A DNA stretch of 64,000 nucleotides, from assembly GCA_043738215.1 (NCBI GenBank), contig JAYUGX010000101.1, positions 2,961 through 66,960 of the forward strand, in the 5' to 3' direction. Source of the DNA: Lacunisphaera sp. Lineage in GTDB: Bacteria > Verrucomicrobiota > Verrucomicrobiia > Opitutales > Opitutaceae. Position numbers and translations under genes: made by a program. A model generated the notes under the pieces. The model saw nothing but the letters and a program-made list of their open reading frames with translations, did no database searches and had not been told where the DNA came from. Below, one piece after another: positions 29,388 through 39,715 of the stretch. Position 1 is the stretch's first letter; the number at the start of each line of letters is the position of its first letter.

Positions 29388-30470
29388 TTATTTCACGCCC
29401 AATTCCGCCAGCACCGCATCGAGCGCCTTGAGCAGCGCGGCGATGGTTTCGTCGGTCTCGTCGCCCATGTTCGAGATGCGGAAAGTCGAGCCCTTGAGTT
29501 TGCCGTAGCCGCCGTCGATGACAAAGCCGTGCTTCGACTTCAGCGCCTTGTTCAGCGCGGTGAGGTCAACCTTGAGGGTGTTGGCGAAGCAGTTGAGTGT
29601 GACCGAACCGTGGCCTTCCTGGGGAAACAGCTTGAAGCCTTTCGCGAAGGCCCAGTCGTGGACCTTTTTGTTCAGCCGGGCGTGGCGGGCGTAGCGGGCC
29701 TCGAAGCCCTCGGCCTTGATGTCCTCCAGCTTCGACTTCAGCGCATAGATGAGCGAAATCACCGGCGTGCTGGGCGTCATGCCGCCCTCGTGGTTTTTCT
29801 GGAACTCGAGGAAGTCGAAATAGTAGCCGCGGTCGGCAATGGTGGCGGCGCGCTCGAGCGCCTTCTTGGAGGCCGAGAGGAGCGACAGCCCCGGCGGCAG
29901 GGCGAGGGCCTTCTGCGAGCCGGTGATGAACACGTCGATGCCGAGCTCGTCCTTCTTGATCGCCAGCGCGCTGAACGAGCTGACGGTGTCCACGATGCTG
30001 ACGACCCCGGGAAATTTCCGCACCACCGCCATGATGGCGGGGAGGTCGCTCATGCAACCGCAGGAGGTCTCGTTGTGGATCAGGGTGATCGCGTCGTAGG
30101 CGCCCGTGGCCAGCTCGCGGCGCACCGCGGCGGGATCGACCGGCTGGCCCCATTCGAACTTGAGCGCGGTGGTCTGCTTGCCGCAGCGGAGGGCCACGTC
30201 GTTCCACTTGTCGGCGAACGCGCCGTTCATGCAGCACAGAACCTTCTTTTTGACGAGATTGCGGATGGCGCCCTCCATCGCCCCGAAGGCGCTGCTCGTC
30301 GAGAGATAGACCGGATCCCGGGTATAAAAGAGGGCCTGCAGGTCCGGCTGGATCGCCTGGTAGAGCGCGACGAAGTCGGTGCTGCGATGGCCGATCATGG
30401 GCTGCGCCATTGCGCGGAGGGTTTTCTCCGAGACGGCGACCGGGCCGGGGATGAAGAGTTTGTAGCTCAT
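29388..30470 (-). CDS. Class V PLP aminotransferase (alanine-glyoxylate/serine-pyruvate type)
   Basis: LFIPGP, HNETS.G, DTVSS, GSQKAL.LPPGL, FRISNMG. Confidence 0.93.
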   Translation of the reverse strand: MSYKLFIPGPVAVSEKTLRAMAQPMIGHRSTDFVALYQAIQPDLQALFYTRDPVYLSTSSAFGAMEGAIRNLVKKKVLCCMNGAFADKWNDVALRCGKQTTALKFEWGQPVDPAAVRRELATGAYDAITLIHNETSCGCMSDLPAIMAVVRKFPGVVSIVDTVSSFSALAIKKDELGIDVFITGSQKALALPPGLSLLSASKKALERAATIADRGYYFDFLEFQKNHEGGMTPSTPVISLIYALKSKLEDIKAEGFEARYARHARLNKKVHDWAFAKGFKLFPQEGHGSVTLNCFANTLKVDLTALNKALKSKHGFVIDGGYGKLKGSTFRISNMGDETDETIAALLKALDAVLAELGVK

Positions 30471-30564
30471 GTCAGATTGGTGAAGCCGGTGTTGCATGTC
30501 GCAAAACCAATGCCTAGCAATGACTCACAACCGCCCACCTCGTTCCGTCAAAGCCAATTTGCTC

Positions 30565-31773
30565 ATGCCCAACCGTTGGTTCCGTCATAAAATCGATGAA
30601 TTGGAGCAGTTCGCCATCGATGTCATCATGGGCCGGCGCGAGGGGACGATGGCGGCGCTCTTCGGCGCGTTCCTTCAGGTGTGCTCCTACCTCTTCAGCG
30701 GGATTGTGCAGCTCAGGCTCTGGCTCTACCGCAACCGCATCCTGCGCGACCAGCCGCTCGGCTGCCTGGTCGTCGTGGTGGGCAACCTGACGGTCGGCGG
30801 CACGGGCAAGACGCCCGTCGTGGAAAAATTCGCCAAGGCCCTGCAGGAACGCGGCCGCAAGGTCGCCATCCTCTCCCGCGGCTACAAGAGCAAGGCCCCG
30901 CCGCTGTGGCAGAAGTGGTGGTTCTGGCTCAACCACACCGAGGAGGCGCCGCCCCGCGTTGTCAGCGACGGCGAGCGCGTGCTGCTCGACTCCGAGCTCG
31001 CCGGCGACGAACCCTTCATGCTCGCGCGCAACCTGCCCGGCGTCGTCGTGCTGGTGGACAAGAACCGCGTGAAGGCCGGGGCGTATGCCATCAAGCGCTT
31101 TGGCTGCGACACGCTGGTGCTCGACGACGGCTTTCAATACCTGCCGCTCAAGGGCCGGCTCAACCTGCTGCTGGTGGACAAGACCAATCCCTTCGGCAAC
31201 GGCTTCCTGCTGCCGCGCGGCATCCTGCGCGAGCCGGTCAAGCACCTCCAGCGCGCCTCCTACGTTTTCCTGACCAAATCGAAAGGCGTGCGGGACGAGG
31301 AGCTGGAGGCCATGATCCGGCGGTTCAACCCCGGTGCGGAAATCATCGAGTGCGCGCACAAGCCGCAATACCTGCAGCGCATCGACAATGACGAGCGGTT
31401 GCCGCTGACGGCGCTGGCCGGGCGCCGCATCGGGGCGTTCAGCGGCATCGCCGCGCCGGAGAGCTTCGAGGCCTTCCTGCGCGAGACCGGCGCCAAACTG
31501 GGTTACACCCGCCGGTTCCTCGACCACTACCGGTTCACGTCCGAGGACCTGGAGTCGGTGTTTGGTGAGGCCAGGGAAGCGGGTGTGGAGCTGATGATCA
31601 CGACCGAGAAGGACGCCGTGCGCATCGACGCCCGCGAGAAGTTCCCCGTGCCCTGCTACTACCTGCGACTGGAAATCGAGATTTTGCGCGGCGCGGCGGA
31701 CTTCAACGAGGCCGTGGCCAAGATTTGTTTCCCGCTGGGCAAGCCGCTGGTGGACTCGATCCCGCCGATGTGA
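30565..31773 (+). CDS. lpxK: Tetraacyldisaccharide 4'-kinase
   Basis: [42 protein letters not shown]. Confidence 0.96.
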   Translation: MPNRWFRHKIDELEQFAIDVIMGRREGTMAALFGAFLQVCSYLFSGIVQLRLWLYRNRILRDQPLGCLVVVVGNLTVGGTGKTPVVEKFAKALQERGRKVAILSRGYKSKAPPLWQKWWFWLNHTEEAPPRVVSDGERVLLDSELAGDEPFMLARNLPGVVVLVDKNRVKAGAYAIKRFGCDTLVLDDGFQYLPLKGRLNLLLVDKTNPFGNGFLLPRGILREPVKHLQRASYVFLTKSKGVRDEELEAMIRRFNPGAEIIECAHKPQYLQRIDNDERLPLTALAGRRIGAFSGIAAPESFEAFLRETGAKLGYTRRFLDHYRFTSEDLESVFGEAREAGVELMITTEKDAVRIDAREKFPVPCYYLRLEIEILRGAADFNEAVAKICFPLGKPLVDSIPPM

Positions 31774-31791
31774 AGGGGCCTTGTGCCGGGT

Positions 31792-31853
31792 GGAGGGCCT
31801 GCGTCCCTGCGGGCCGTCAGGGTCATCGCGGCGCGCAGAGACGCGCGCCCTCC
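31792..31853. repeat. GGAGGGC...GCCCTCC REP-like doublet
   Basis: Imperfect ~25-bp inverted arms between lpxK and the aminopeptidase. Confidence 0.65.
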
Positions 31854-31909
31854 CTACATGTGCAGGTTTGCTATTGAATGCACCGCCGCCTGCCGCGTTA
31901 GATGGTGGC

Positions 31910-33028
31910 ATGAGTGATCCCCGTTTTGCCCGGCTGGCCGAGGTGCTGACCGGCTTTTCCACCGAGTTGAAGAAAGGCGAACGCGTGCTCATCGATGCCT
32001 TCGATGTGCCCGACACCTTCACCATCGCCCTGGTGCGGGCGGTGCAGGAGCGCGGCGCGATGCCCTACGTCAATCTCCAGCGGGCCCGCATCACCCGCGA
32101 GTTGCTGCAGGGCGCGACCGCCGAGCAATACGCCACCATTGCGGAGGTGGAGCTGGCGCGCATGCAGAAGATGCAGGCTTACATTGCCGTGCGGGGCTCG
32201 GAAAATATTTTCGAGACCTCCGACGTGCCCGCCGAGCGCGTGCAGACGGTCGCCAAGGTCCTCAAGCCGGTGCTCGACCACCGCGTCAACAAGACCAAGT
32301 GGGTGGTGCTGCGCTGGCCGTCGTCCGCCATGGCGCAGCAGGCGGGCATGAGCACGCAGGCGTTTGAGGATTTTTATTTCCGCGTCTGCACCTTCGACTA
32401 CCGCCGCTATGGCCCGGGCATGAAGGCGCTGGCGGACCTGATGGACAAGACCGACCGGGTTCACTTGAAGGGCCCGGGCACCGACCTGAGGTTTTCCATC
32501 AAGGGCATCGGCGCCGTGCCGTGCGGCGGGCAGCGCAACATTCCGGACGGCGAGGTGTTCTCCTGCCCGGTGAAGGACAGTGTCGAGGGCGTCATCCAAT
32601 ACAACGCGCCCACGGTCTATCTCGGCACCTCGTTCGACAACATCCGGCTGGTCTTCAAGAAGGGCAGGATTGTCGAGGCCACGAGCAACAACACGAAGCG
32701 CCTGAACGAGATTCTCAACAGCGACGACGGCTCGCGCTATATCGGGGAGTTCGCCATCGGGTTCAACCCGCACATCCTCGAGCCGATGCGCGACATCCTC
32801 TTCGACGAGAAGATCGCCGGCTCGTTCCACTTCACGCCCGGTCAGGCCTACGAGAAGGGCGGCAACGGCAACAAGTCGCAGGTGCACTGGGACATGGTCT
32901 GCATTCAGCGGCCGGAATACGGCGGCGGCGAAATCTGGTTCGACGGCAAGCTCATCCGCAAGGACGGCCTGTTCACCACACCGGCGCTCAAGAAACTCAA
33001 TCCCGACCAGTTGCTGAAAGTGAAATAG
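31910..33028 (+). CDS. Aminopeptidase, M29 family
   Basis: [34 protein letters not shown]. Confidence 0.93.
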   Translation: MSDPRFARLAEVLTGFSTELKKGERVLIDAFDVPDTFTIALVRAVQERGAMPYVNLQRARITRELLQGATAEQYATIAEVELARMQKMQAYIAVRGSENIFETSDVPAERVQTVAKVLKPVLDHRVNKTKWVVLRWPSSAMAQQAGMSTQAFEDFYFRVCTFDYRRYGPGMKALADLMDKTDRVHLKGPGTDLRFSIKGIGAVPCGGQRNIPDGEVFSCPVKDSVEGVIQYNAPTVYLGTSFDNIRLVFKKGRIVEATSNNTKRLNEILNSDDGSRYIGEFAIGFNPHILEPMRDILFDEKIAGSFHFTPGQAYEKGGNGNKSQVHWDMVCIQRPEYGGGEIWFDGKLIRKDGLFTTPALKKLNPDQLLKVK

Positions 33029-33116
33029 CCACGGATTACACGGATGAACCCGGATAGTCTGAACTTGTTTGGATGTCTGTCCGGAAACATCTGAACCCAT
33101 CGGTGCAATCTGCGGT
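33029..33116. repeat. Inverted element with three 9-nt units per arm (CCACGGATT ACACGGATG ...)
   Basis: Starts right after the TAG; degenerate mirrored arm ends 4 nt before add ATG. Confidence 0.7.
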
Positions 33117-33120
33117 CAAA

Positions 33121-34104
33121 ATGAATTTGCCACTTTCTGACTTTATCCTGTCGCTCCCCAAGACGGAGACGCATCTGCACTTCGAGGGTGCGCTGCCGTT
33201 GGAACTGCTGCAAAAGGTTCGGCCGGAATTCAAACGACCGCCGGCGTCATGGGCGCCCAATTTCAAGTTCAGGGATTTCGCCCATTTCGAGAAGGAGCTG
33301 CTCGACATGGCTTTTTCGTGGTTCACCTCCGCCGGGCGCTACCACGAGGCAGCGAAGGTTACTTTTGCCCGCCACGTGGCGCAGAACATCAAATACGTCG
33401 AGACCAGCTTTGCCTCGGGTTGCATCGAGTTCCTCGGCCTCAATGGCCGCGAGGTGCTGGACGCCATCCGGTCCGCCGTGCCCGCGGACTTGGTGGTGCG
33501 CATCTTTCTCGGCATCCACCACAACGGCGCCGGTTCGAAAATGAAACCCGTGCTCGACGAGGCCCTGGGCTGGCCCGGACTCGCCGGGATTGACCTGCAC
33601 GGCACCGAGAGTTTTCCGCTCGAACCGTGGACCGCGCCCTATTGGGAGGCAACACGCAAGGCCGGCAAATACACCAAGGCGCACGCCGGGGAATTGATGG
33701 GTGCGGATTTTGTGCGCCGCGTGCTCGACGAGCTCAAGCCGCAGCGGATCGAGCACGGGGTGCGCTCGCTCGAGGATCCCGCCGTGGTCGCGGAAATCAA
33801 GCGGCGCGGCATCGCGCTCGATGTGTGCCCCATCAGCAATCACAAGCTCGTGCCGGGCATGACGCTGGCCAACCATCCGATCCGCGAGCTCTTCGATGCC
33901 GGCGTGAAGGTGACCGTCAGCACCGACGACCCGCTCTCCTTCGGCAACACCCTGGCGGACGAATACACGGCATTGGTCGAGCAGCGCGGTTTTAGCCGGA
34001 AGGAAATAGTGCAGCTCATGCGCAACGGCTTCGAGGTGGCGCTGATGACTGAAGCGCAGAAGAAGCCGTGGCTCGACCAGCTCGACGTGATCCTTAAGGG
34101 GTAG
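33121..34104 (+). CDS. add: Adenosine/adenine deaminase family protein
   Basis: LPK.E.HLH.EG, HAGE, RIEHG, CP.SN, STDDP. Confidence 0.9.
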   Translation: MNLPLSDFILSLPKTETHLHFEGALPLELLQKVRPEFKRPPASWAPNFKFRDFAHFEKELLDMAFSWFTSAGRYHEAAKVTFARHVAQNIKYVETSFASGCIEFLGLNGREVLDAIRSAVPADLVVRIFLGIHHNGAGSKMKPVLDEALGWPGLAGIDLHGTESFPLEPWTAPYWEATRKAGKYTKAHAGELMGADFVRRVLDELKPQRIEHGVRSLEDPAVVAEIKRRGIALDVCPISNHKLVPGMTLANHPIRELFDAGVKVTVSTDDPLSFGNTLADEYTALVEQRGFSRKEIVQLMRNGFEVALMTEAQKKPWLDQLDVILKG

Positions 34105-34164
34105 GGCGGGACCGCTGGGCCCACCGCGACATTTGAACGGCGCGCCGGGCGATCGCGCCCTGCC
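34100..34164. repeat. GTAG-type REP doublet overlapping the add stop codon
   Basis: GGTAGGGCG...CGCCCTGCC inverted ends. Confidence 0.75.
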
Positions 34165-34171
34165 TGCATTA

Positions 34172-35146
34172 GTGCAGGAGCCTGCTTGCAGGCGATTGAT
34201 TGTCCTGCACCATCCGGATCGCTTGCAAGCAGGCTCCTACACAGTTCCACCAGGCATCCGCCGCGAACGGGTCGACAAGGTTCTGGCCCACGCCTTTCCC
34301 GCGCACAGCCGCGCGGCCTTCCAGCGCGCCATGGAGACCGGGCTCGTCAGGGTGGACGGCAAGGTGATAGAGCAAAGCCAGGAGGTGAGCTCCGGACAGG
34401 TGCTGGAGTTTTCCTTTCCCGCCACGACGCAGGCCGAACTCAGAGCGGTGGACATCCCGCTCGACGTGATCTTCGAAGACAAGCACCTCATCGTCCTGAA
34501 CAAAGCGGCCGGCATGGTGGTGCATCCCGGCACCGGCACCGGTGAGGACACGATGGTCCACGCGCTGCTGGCGCACTGCGCCGGCGGGCTCAGCGGCATT
34601 GGCGGCGTGGAGCGTCCGGGCATCGTGCACCGGCTGGACAAGGAAACGTCCGGGCTGCTGGTTGTGGCCAAGAATGATGCGGCGCATCGCGCGCTGGCGG
34701 ACCAGTTCGCCTCACGCACCTTGAAAAAGGAATACCTGGCACTCGTGTCCGGCGTGCCCAAGACGGACAGCGGCAGCATCGACCGGAGCATCAGCCGCCA
34801 TCCCGTACACCGACACCGGATGACGACCGGCGAGGGCGGCCGGCCTTCGCGCACCGACTGGGCGGTGGAAAGGAAATTTGGCGGGCAGGCCGCGCTGGTT
34901 CGCTGCCGGATCCACACCGGTCGGACGCACCAGATCCGAGTGCACCTGAAGTCACTCGGACACCCGGTGCTCGGCGACAGCACCTATGGCTGGAAGCAGA
35001 ACCCCGCACTCCCTGTCCCGCCGCGCGTGATGCTGCACGCCGAGCATCTCGTATTCTCGCATCCAGTGAACGGCAAGACGATGGACCTGATCGCGCCGCT
35101 GCCGGCGGATTTCAATAAAATGCTGACGGCGCTGAGGAAACTATAA
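34172..35146 (+). CDS. rluD: RluA/RluD-family pseudouridine synthase (start uncertain: 34172, 34196 or 34223)
   Basis: S4-like RVDK.L..., NK.AG.VVHP, GIVHRLDKETSG, TGRTHQIRVH. Confidence 0.9.
   Translation: MQEPACRRLIVLHHPDRLQAGSYTVPPGIRRERVDKVLAHAFPAHSRAAFQRAMETGLVRVDGKVIEQSQEVSSGQVLEFSFPATTQAELRAVDIPLDVIFEDKHLIVLNKAAGMVVHPGTGTGEDTMVHALLAHCAGGLSGIGGVERPGIVHRLDKETSGLLVVAKNDAAHRALADQFASRTLKKEYLALVSGVPKTDSGSIDRSISRHPVHRHRMTTGEGGRPSRTDWAVERKFGGQAALVRCRIHTGRTHQIRVHLKSLGHPVLGDSTYGWKQNPALPVPPRVMLHAEHLVFSHPVNGKTMDLIAPLPADFNKMLTALRKL
34173..34241. repeat. GTAG-type REP doublet TG(C)AGGAGCCTGCTTGCAGGCGAT...ATCGCTTGCAAGCAGGCTCCTACA
   Basis: 24-bp arms with 2 mismatches; covers all nearby candidate rluD starts. 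Confidence 0.85.
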
Positions 35147-35151
35147 GCGAC

Positions 35152-36096
35152 TTAGAGTTTATCCAGTATCTCGGCGGTGATGCCCCAGCGGAGATTGTGC
35201 AGGGAGTGATGGAAGCGCTTGATGCGGGCGTAGTCGGCCACGGCAACCATGGTGATCAAAGCGGCGGGAAAAACATCCGCCCGGGCTGCCGGCATGCCCG
35301 GGACAGCCTTGCGTTGCTCCAGGGTGAGCGGAGCCAGTTCGTCGAGCAGGCTGACCAGCGATTCGAGCGGGATGATGGCCGGCGTCTCCGCGAGCTTCAA
35401 ACCCTGCCGGGTGGCTTGGAGGATGCGCACCGTGGTCATGCTGCCGCCGGCGAAGATCGCAGCGGGTGCGATGACGGGGAAACGGAATCCGCTGCGCTTG
35501 AGTTCGTCGCGCACATGCAGGGCGAGGGCGGTGGACTCGGTCACGGTGAGTGGGACGGCCACATCCCTGATGAATCGCTCGGTCAGCCGCACACAACCAA
35601 GCGGCAGACTGGCTGAATGATGTATCTTGCGGTCGCGAAAGAGGAGGCATTCCAGGCTGCCGCCGCCGAGATCGAAGACGTAGAAATTCTGCAGTCCCGC
35701 GAGCGCGGGATCGCACAGCAGCCCGCGGCCGATGAAACTGGCTTCCTTGTCACCGGTGAGGATGTGGATCCCGTGACCGGTGGCGGCCTTGACTCGCTTG
35801 CGGAAATCCGCGCCGTTGCCCGCGTCGCGCACGGCGCTGGTGGCAACGAGGACGGTTTTCGTCGGTGCAAAGGGCGCAGCAGTGGCGAGCAGTTCCTTGA
35901 TGGCAGCGAGGCCGGCGGCCATGCCCTTGGCGCTGAGCTTGGGCTTGGCTCTGCTGATGCCGGCGCTAATGCGGGCGTCGATCGTCCGGGACTTCAGCTC
36001 CCGCACCTCACCCGCGGGGCCGCGCGTGGCGACGAGCACCTTGATCGAGTTGCTGCCGATATCAATGACGGCGACTGCAGAGGAGTTTTTAGCCAC
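35152..36096 (-). CDS. ppx: Ppx/GppA phosphatase family
   Basis: IDIGSNS, ATSAVRDA.N, DLGGGS.E, LGCVR..E; GTG start at 36096 or 36105. Confidence 0.88.
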   Translation of the reverse strand: MAKNSSAVAVIDIGSNSIKVLVATRGPAGEVRELKSRTIDARISAGISRAKPKLSAKGMAAGLAAIKELLATAAPFAPTKTVLVATSAVRDAGNGADFRKRVKAATGHGIHILTGDKEASFIGRGLLCDPALAGLQNFYVFDLGGGSLECLLFRDRKIHHSASLPLGCVRLTERFIRDVAVPLTVTESTALALHVRDELKRSGFRFPVIAPAAIFAGGSMTTVRILQATRQGLKLAETPAIIPLESLVSLLDELAPLTLEQRKAVPGMPAARADVFPAALITMVAVADYARIKRFHHSLHNLRWGITAEILDKL

Positions 36097-36134
36097 GGAT
36101 GCCACGGATGAACACGGATGGAATGAACCGTGGC
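36091..36134. repeat. CCACGGAT 9-nt-unit element containing the ppx start codon
   Basis: AGCCACGGAT GCCACGGAT GAACACGGAT ... CCGTGGC. Confidence 0.75.
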
Positions 36135-36140
36135 GACAAA

Positions 36141-36863
36141 TTAAAGAGTGAAATCCCGCGGGGCGATCAGGACCACGAATTCGCCCTTCAGGCTCAGTTT
36201 GCCCAGGCGGGCCTGCACGTCGGCGGACAGGCCGATGAGGAAGGTCTCGTGAACCTTGGTGACCTCCTTGGCGATGCAGATGACGCGGTCGGGCCCGAGT
36301 GCGCTGACAATCTCCGCCGCAAACTTCTCGATGCGATGGCAGCTTTCGTAGAGCGCGAGGGTGTAGTCGAAGTCGCGGTGTTTTTCCAAAAAAGCGAGAC
36401 GCGCGGCGGACTTTGGCGGCAGAAAGCCCACAAAAAGAAAACCATTGGTGGGCAGACCGGCGGCGGAGAGCACCGCGACCAGCGCACTCGGACCGGGCAC
36501 GGGGACGACGGGCAGGCCGCGGCGGCGACAGGCCCGCACGAGGCGGAACCCCGGGTCGCTCAAACCGGGCGTGCCGGCGTCGCTAACCACGGCGATTGAT
36601 TTGCCCCGGGAAATTTGCTCGGCCAGCCGGTCGGCGGCCTCGGTCTCGTTGTGGTCGTGGTAGGCGGTGAGTTCGCGCGACAGGCCGAAGCGGGCGAGCA
36701 TGGCGCCGGTTGTGCGGGTATCCTCGCAGGCGATCAGGTCCACGGCGCCGAGGATGGCGCGGGCGCGCTCGGTGAGATCGGCGAGATTGCCGATGGGCGT
36801 GGCCACGACATAGAGGTGGCCGGGTTGCGGCGTCAGCGATGAGTTGGCGGCAGGCGTGGTCAT
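36141..36863 (-). CDS. rsmI: 16S rRNA C1402 2'-O-methyltransferase
   Basis: LYVVATPIGNL, CEDTR, SDAGTP..SDPG, KGEFV. Confidence 0.96.
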   Translation of the reverse strand: MTTPAANSSLTPQPGHLYVVATPIGNLADLTERARAILGAVDLIACEDTRTTGAMLARFGLSRELTAYHDHNETEAADRLAEQISRGKSIAVVSDAGTPGLSDPGFRLVRACRRRGLPVVPVPGPSALVAVLSAAGLPTNGFLFVGFLPPKSAARLAFLEKHRDFDYTLALYESCHRIEKFAAEIVSALGPDRVICIAKEVTKVHETFLIGLSADVQARLGKLSLKGEFVVLIAPRDFTL

Positions 36864-36896
36864 GACGTCGCCGGGGTAGGGCCGCGCGGGCGGCGC

Positions 36897-37049
36897 TTAC
36901 TTGCCCATGCCGGGGATACGGCCTTCCCAGTCAGCGGGACGGCTCCAGGGAATATTGGAGTCCTGCTTTGGAGGCACGCAGCCGGAGAAACCGGCCAGTG
37001 CGAGAACTGACATCAAAAGCACGAAGAGGGCCTTGCGAAGGTTGGGCAT
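36897..37049 (-). CDS. Small lipoprotein (50 aa), absent from the ORF track
   Basis: MPNLRKALFVLLMSVLALAGFSG-C-VPPKQDSNIPWSRPADWEGRIPGMGK*; basic n-region, h-region, lipobox-like Cys. Confidence 0.75.
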   Translation of the reverse strand: MPNLRKALFVLLMSVLALAGFSGCVPPKQDSNIPWSRPADWEGRIPGMGK

Positions 37050-37051
37050 GT

Positions 37052-37246
37052 TTAATTGGTGAATACGACTAAATCGCCGGTCTGCAACTGTCCTTTCAGG
37101 GTGGCGGGCAGGACCTGGGTGAGGGAAAAACGGGGGCGGGCATCGCTGATTTGCACCGGTGCCAGATCGGAAGTTCCCCGGCGCAAAAGGATAATGTCAT
37201 TCGGCCATGCACCGTACCGGGTAACGCGCTCAACTGTGCGCGGCAT
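37052..37246 (-). CDS. Possible 64-aa hypothetical protein
   Basis: Fills the gap between pgi (17-nt overlap) and the lipoprotein (2-nt gap); no recognised motif. Confidence 0.4.
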   Translation of the reverse strand: MPRTVERVTRYGAWPNDIILLRRGTSDLAPVQISDARPRFSLTQVLPATLKGQLQTGDLVVFTN

Positions 37247-38819
37247 AGGTCGACTCGTGCCACGGCTTGCCGGCGGTCTTGGTCACTTTGCTGCCCGGGT
37301 TGGCGGCCATGTGCTCGAGCACCTTGAAGATGAGCTCGGTCTTGTCCGGCGAATCGAGCTTGGCGGCGAGTGACTCCGCGGTGAATGCGGCGCCCGGCGC
37401 GGCGCGCAGGGCGGCGGCGATCTTCAGCTTGAGCGCGATGACCCCGCCGGCGGCCTTCTTGCCGGCCTCGACGCCGGGTTGGTGATAGGCGTTGATGCCC
37501 ACCAGCGAAGCGTAAAGCCCGACCGTGCGTTCATAGAGGGCGATGAGCATGCCGATGGTCTTGGGCGAAACCTCGTTGACGGTGATGGTGATGGAGTGGC
37601 GGTGCTTCTCGGTCAGCGCGTCACGGGTGCCGAGCAGGAAGCCCTGCAGAAAGTCGCCGCTGGTGACGCCAGGCTCGACCTCAAGCGAGGTGTCGGCGGT
37701 GCGGTCCTTGAGCACCTCGATGAAGGTGACGAAGAAATTGTTCACACCCTCGCGTAGCTGCTGCACATAGGCGTGCTGGTCAGTCGAGCCCTTGTTACCG
37801 TAGACCGCCAGACCCTGGTTGACCACCTGGCCGGCCAGGTCGAGCTCCTTGCCGAGCGACTCCATGACAAGCTGCTGCAGGTAGCGCGAGAAAAGCAGGA
37901 GCCGGTCCTTGTAGGGCAGCACGACCATGTCCTTCGTGCCGCGGCCGTCGGTCGCCCAATACCACATGAGCGCCATCAGCGCGGCGGGATTGTCGCGCAG
38001 GGATTTCTTGCGCGTGACCGCGTCCATGGCGGCGGCCCCAGCGAGCATCTGGTCGATCTTGATGCCCTGGAGCGCGGCGGGCAGCAGCCCCACGGCGCAA
38101 AGCTCCGAGGTGCGGCCGCCCACCCAGTCCCACATCGGGAAGCGGGCAAGCCAGCCTTCCTTTTGCGCCACCTGGTCGAGCTTGGAGCCTTCGCCGGTGA
38201 CGGCCACGAAATGTTTGGCGTGGTCGAGCCCGGCGGCCTTGAACGCCACCTGCGCCTCGAGCATGCCGTTGCGCGTCTCCGCCGTGCCGCCGGATTTCGA
38301 AATAACGACGACCAGGGTTTGCTTGAGCCTGCTGCCGAGCTCCTTCAGCGCATAGTCCATGCCGTCGGGGTCGGTGTTGTCGAAGAAGGACACGCGCATC
38401 CGGTCGCGACCCTTGAGCCGGCCGAGGGCGTGACTGACAAACTGCGGGCCGAGCGCGGAGCCACCGATGCCGATGACGAGGACCTCCTTGAATTTGGCGC
38501 CGCCGGGCGCGGTGATGCCACCCTTGTGCACCCTGGTGGTAAAATCCTTGATGGCGTCGAGCGTCGACGTGATGGCGGTGCGCAATTCCGCGGTCGGTGC
38601 CAGCTCGGGCGTGCGCAGCCAGTAGTGGCCCACCATCCGGTTTTCATCCGGGTTGGCGATGGCGCCACCCTCGAGCGCGGCCATGTCGGCGAAAGCTTGC
38701 TTAAGCTTCGCTTCCATCGAGGCGGGAAAGTCGTCGGGAAAAGGCAGCCGGCTGACGTCAAGCGAGAGGCCGAGCTTCGGGTGGGTGTAGTATTGCGATT
38801 TGAAACGGTCCCAAGTCAT
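37230..38819 (-). CDS. pgi: Glucose-6-phosphate isomerase
   Basis: [37 protein letters not shown]. Confidence 0.97.
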   Translation of the reverse strand: MTWDRFKSQYYTHPKLGLSLDVSRLPFPDDFPASMEAKLKQAFADMAALEGGAIANPDENRMVGHYWLRTPELAPTAELRTAITSTLDAIKDFTTRVHKGGITAPGGAKFKEVLVIGIGGSALGPQFVSHALGRLKGRDRMRVSFFDNTDPDGMDYALKELGSRLKQTLVVVISKSGGTAETRNGMLEAQVAFKAAGLDHAKHFVAVTGEGSKLDQVAQKEGWLARFPMWDWVGGRTSELCAVGLLPAALQGIKIDQMLAGAAAMDAVTRKKSLRDNPAALMALMWYWATDGRGTKDMVVLPYKDRLLLFSRYLQQLVMESLGKELDLAGQVVNQGLAVYGNKGSTDQHAYVQQLREGVNNFFVTFIEVLKDRTADTSLEVEPGVTSGDFLQGFLLGTRDALTEKHRHSITITVNEVSPKTIGMLIALYERTVGLYASLVGINAYHQPGVEAGKKAAGGVIALKLKIAAALRAAPGAAFTAESLAAKLDSPDKTELIFKVLEHMAANPGSKVTKTAGKPWHESTYAAHS

Positions 38820-38926
38820 AGACGAAAAGTAGTAACCGGCGCGGCGGACCGGGGCTAGCCCGAAAACGGGCAAACTTTTCGGGATTGCTAGGGTTGGGTG
38901 CCGGCGCATTCATTGGGACCAAAAGC

Positions 38927-39715
38927 ATGGCCTTTGATCTCAAGCGTGTATTGAAAGTGATGCTGTTCGCCTCGAGCGGCCCGCTTTCGGTGAAAGACAT
39001 CCAAACGGCGCTCAGCCGTTTCCACGAGCAGTCCGCCGGCGCGCCCCCGTCCGGGCCGGCGGCCGCGGATTCCTCCCTGCTGCCCGAAGAGCCCGCCGAA
39101 GCGCTGCCGCCCGCGCTGGCCGAGGACGATGAATTTTATCGCGACGTGCCGACGCTGGTCACCACGGTGCAAATCCGCGAGGCGATCGGAGCCATTTCAC
39201 TCGAATTGCAGGCGGCCGACAGCGAGGTCGTGCTCATTGAGGGGCACAACGGCTGGCGGCTGGTGACGCATCCGCGGTTTGCCCGCTGGGTGCGGCTGTT
39301 GCGCAACGAGCCGCCGCCGGTGCGGTTGAGTCCGTCCTCCCTCGAAACCATGGCCGTGATTGCCTACCGCCAGCCGGTCACGCGCGCCGAGATCGAGCAG
39401 ATTCGCGGCGTCTCGACCGAGGCCGGCCTGAACAAGCTGCTGGAGCGCGACCTTATCTACGTCGTCGGTCGCGCCGATCTGCCCGGCCGGCCGATCCAAT
39501 ACGGCACGACGGAGGCGTTCCTCGAATTTGTCGGCCTCAAGTCAATCGAGGACCTGCCGGCCTCGGACGTGCTTTCCCCGCGGCAGATCGACAGCTGGCT
39601 GCAGACCGCCAGCACCCCCCGCACCGCCAATGACGCCGACATGGGGTTGGACGAGACGGAGGAAAAGCAGCAGTCGCAGGAATCGATGGCCCGACCCGAA
39701 AGCCCGGCCCCATGA
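38927..39715 (+). CDS. scpB: SMC-Scp complex subunit ScpB
   Basis: LET.AVIAYRQPVTRAEIE.IRGV, PGRP..YGTT..FL. Confidence 0.95.
   Translation: MAFDLKRVLKVMLFASSGPLSVKDIQTALSRFHEQSAGAPPSGPAAADSSLLPEEPAEALPPALAEDDEFYRDVPTLVTTVQIREAIGAISLELQAADSEVVLIEGHNGWRLVTHPRFARWVRLLRNEPPPVRLSPSSLETMAVIAYRQPVTRAEIEQIRGVSTEAGLNKLLERDLIYVVGRADLPGRPIQYGTTEAFLEFVGLKSIEDLPASDVLSPRQIDSWLQTASTPRTANDADMGLDETEEKQQSQESMARPESPAP

Noticed and set aside
24534-36134. Short periodic repeats as CRISPR arrays
   Set aside because: Units are 8-10 nt with no unique spacers, and no cas genes are present.
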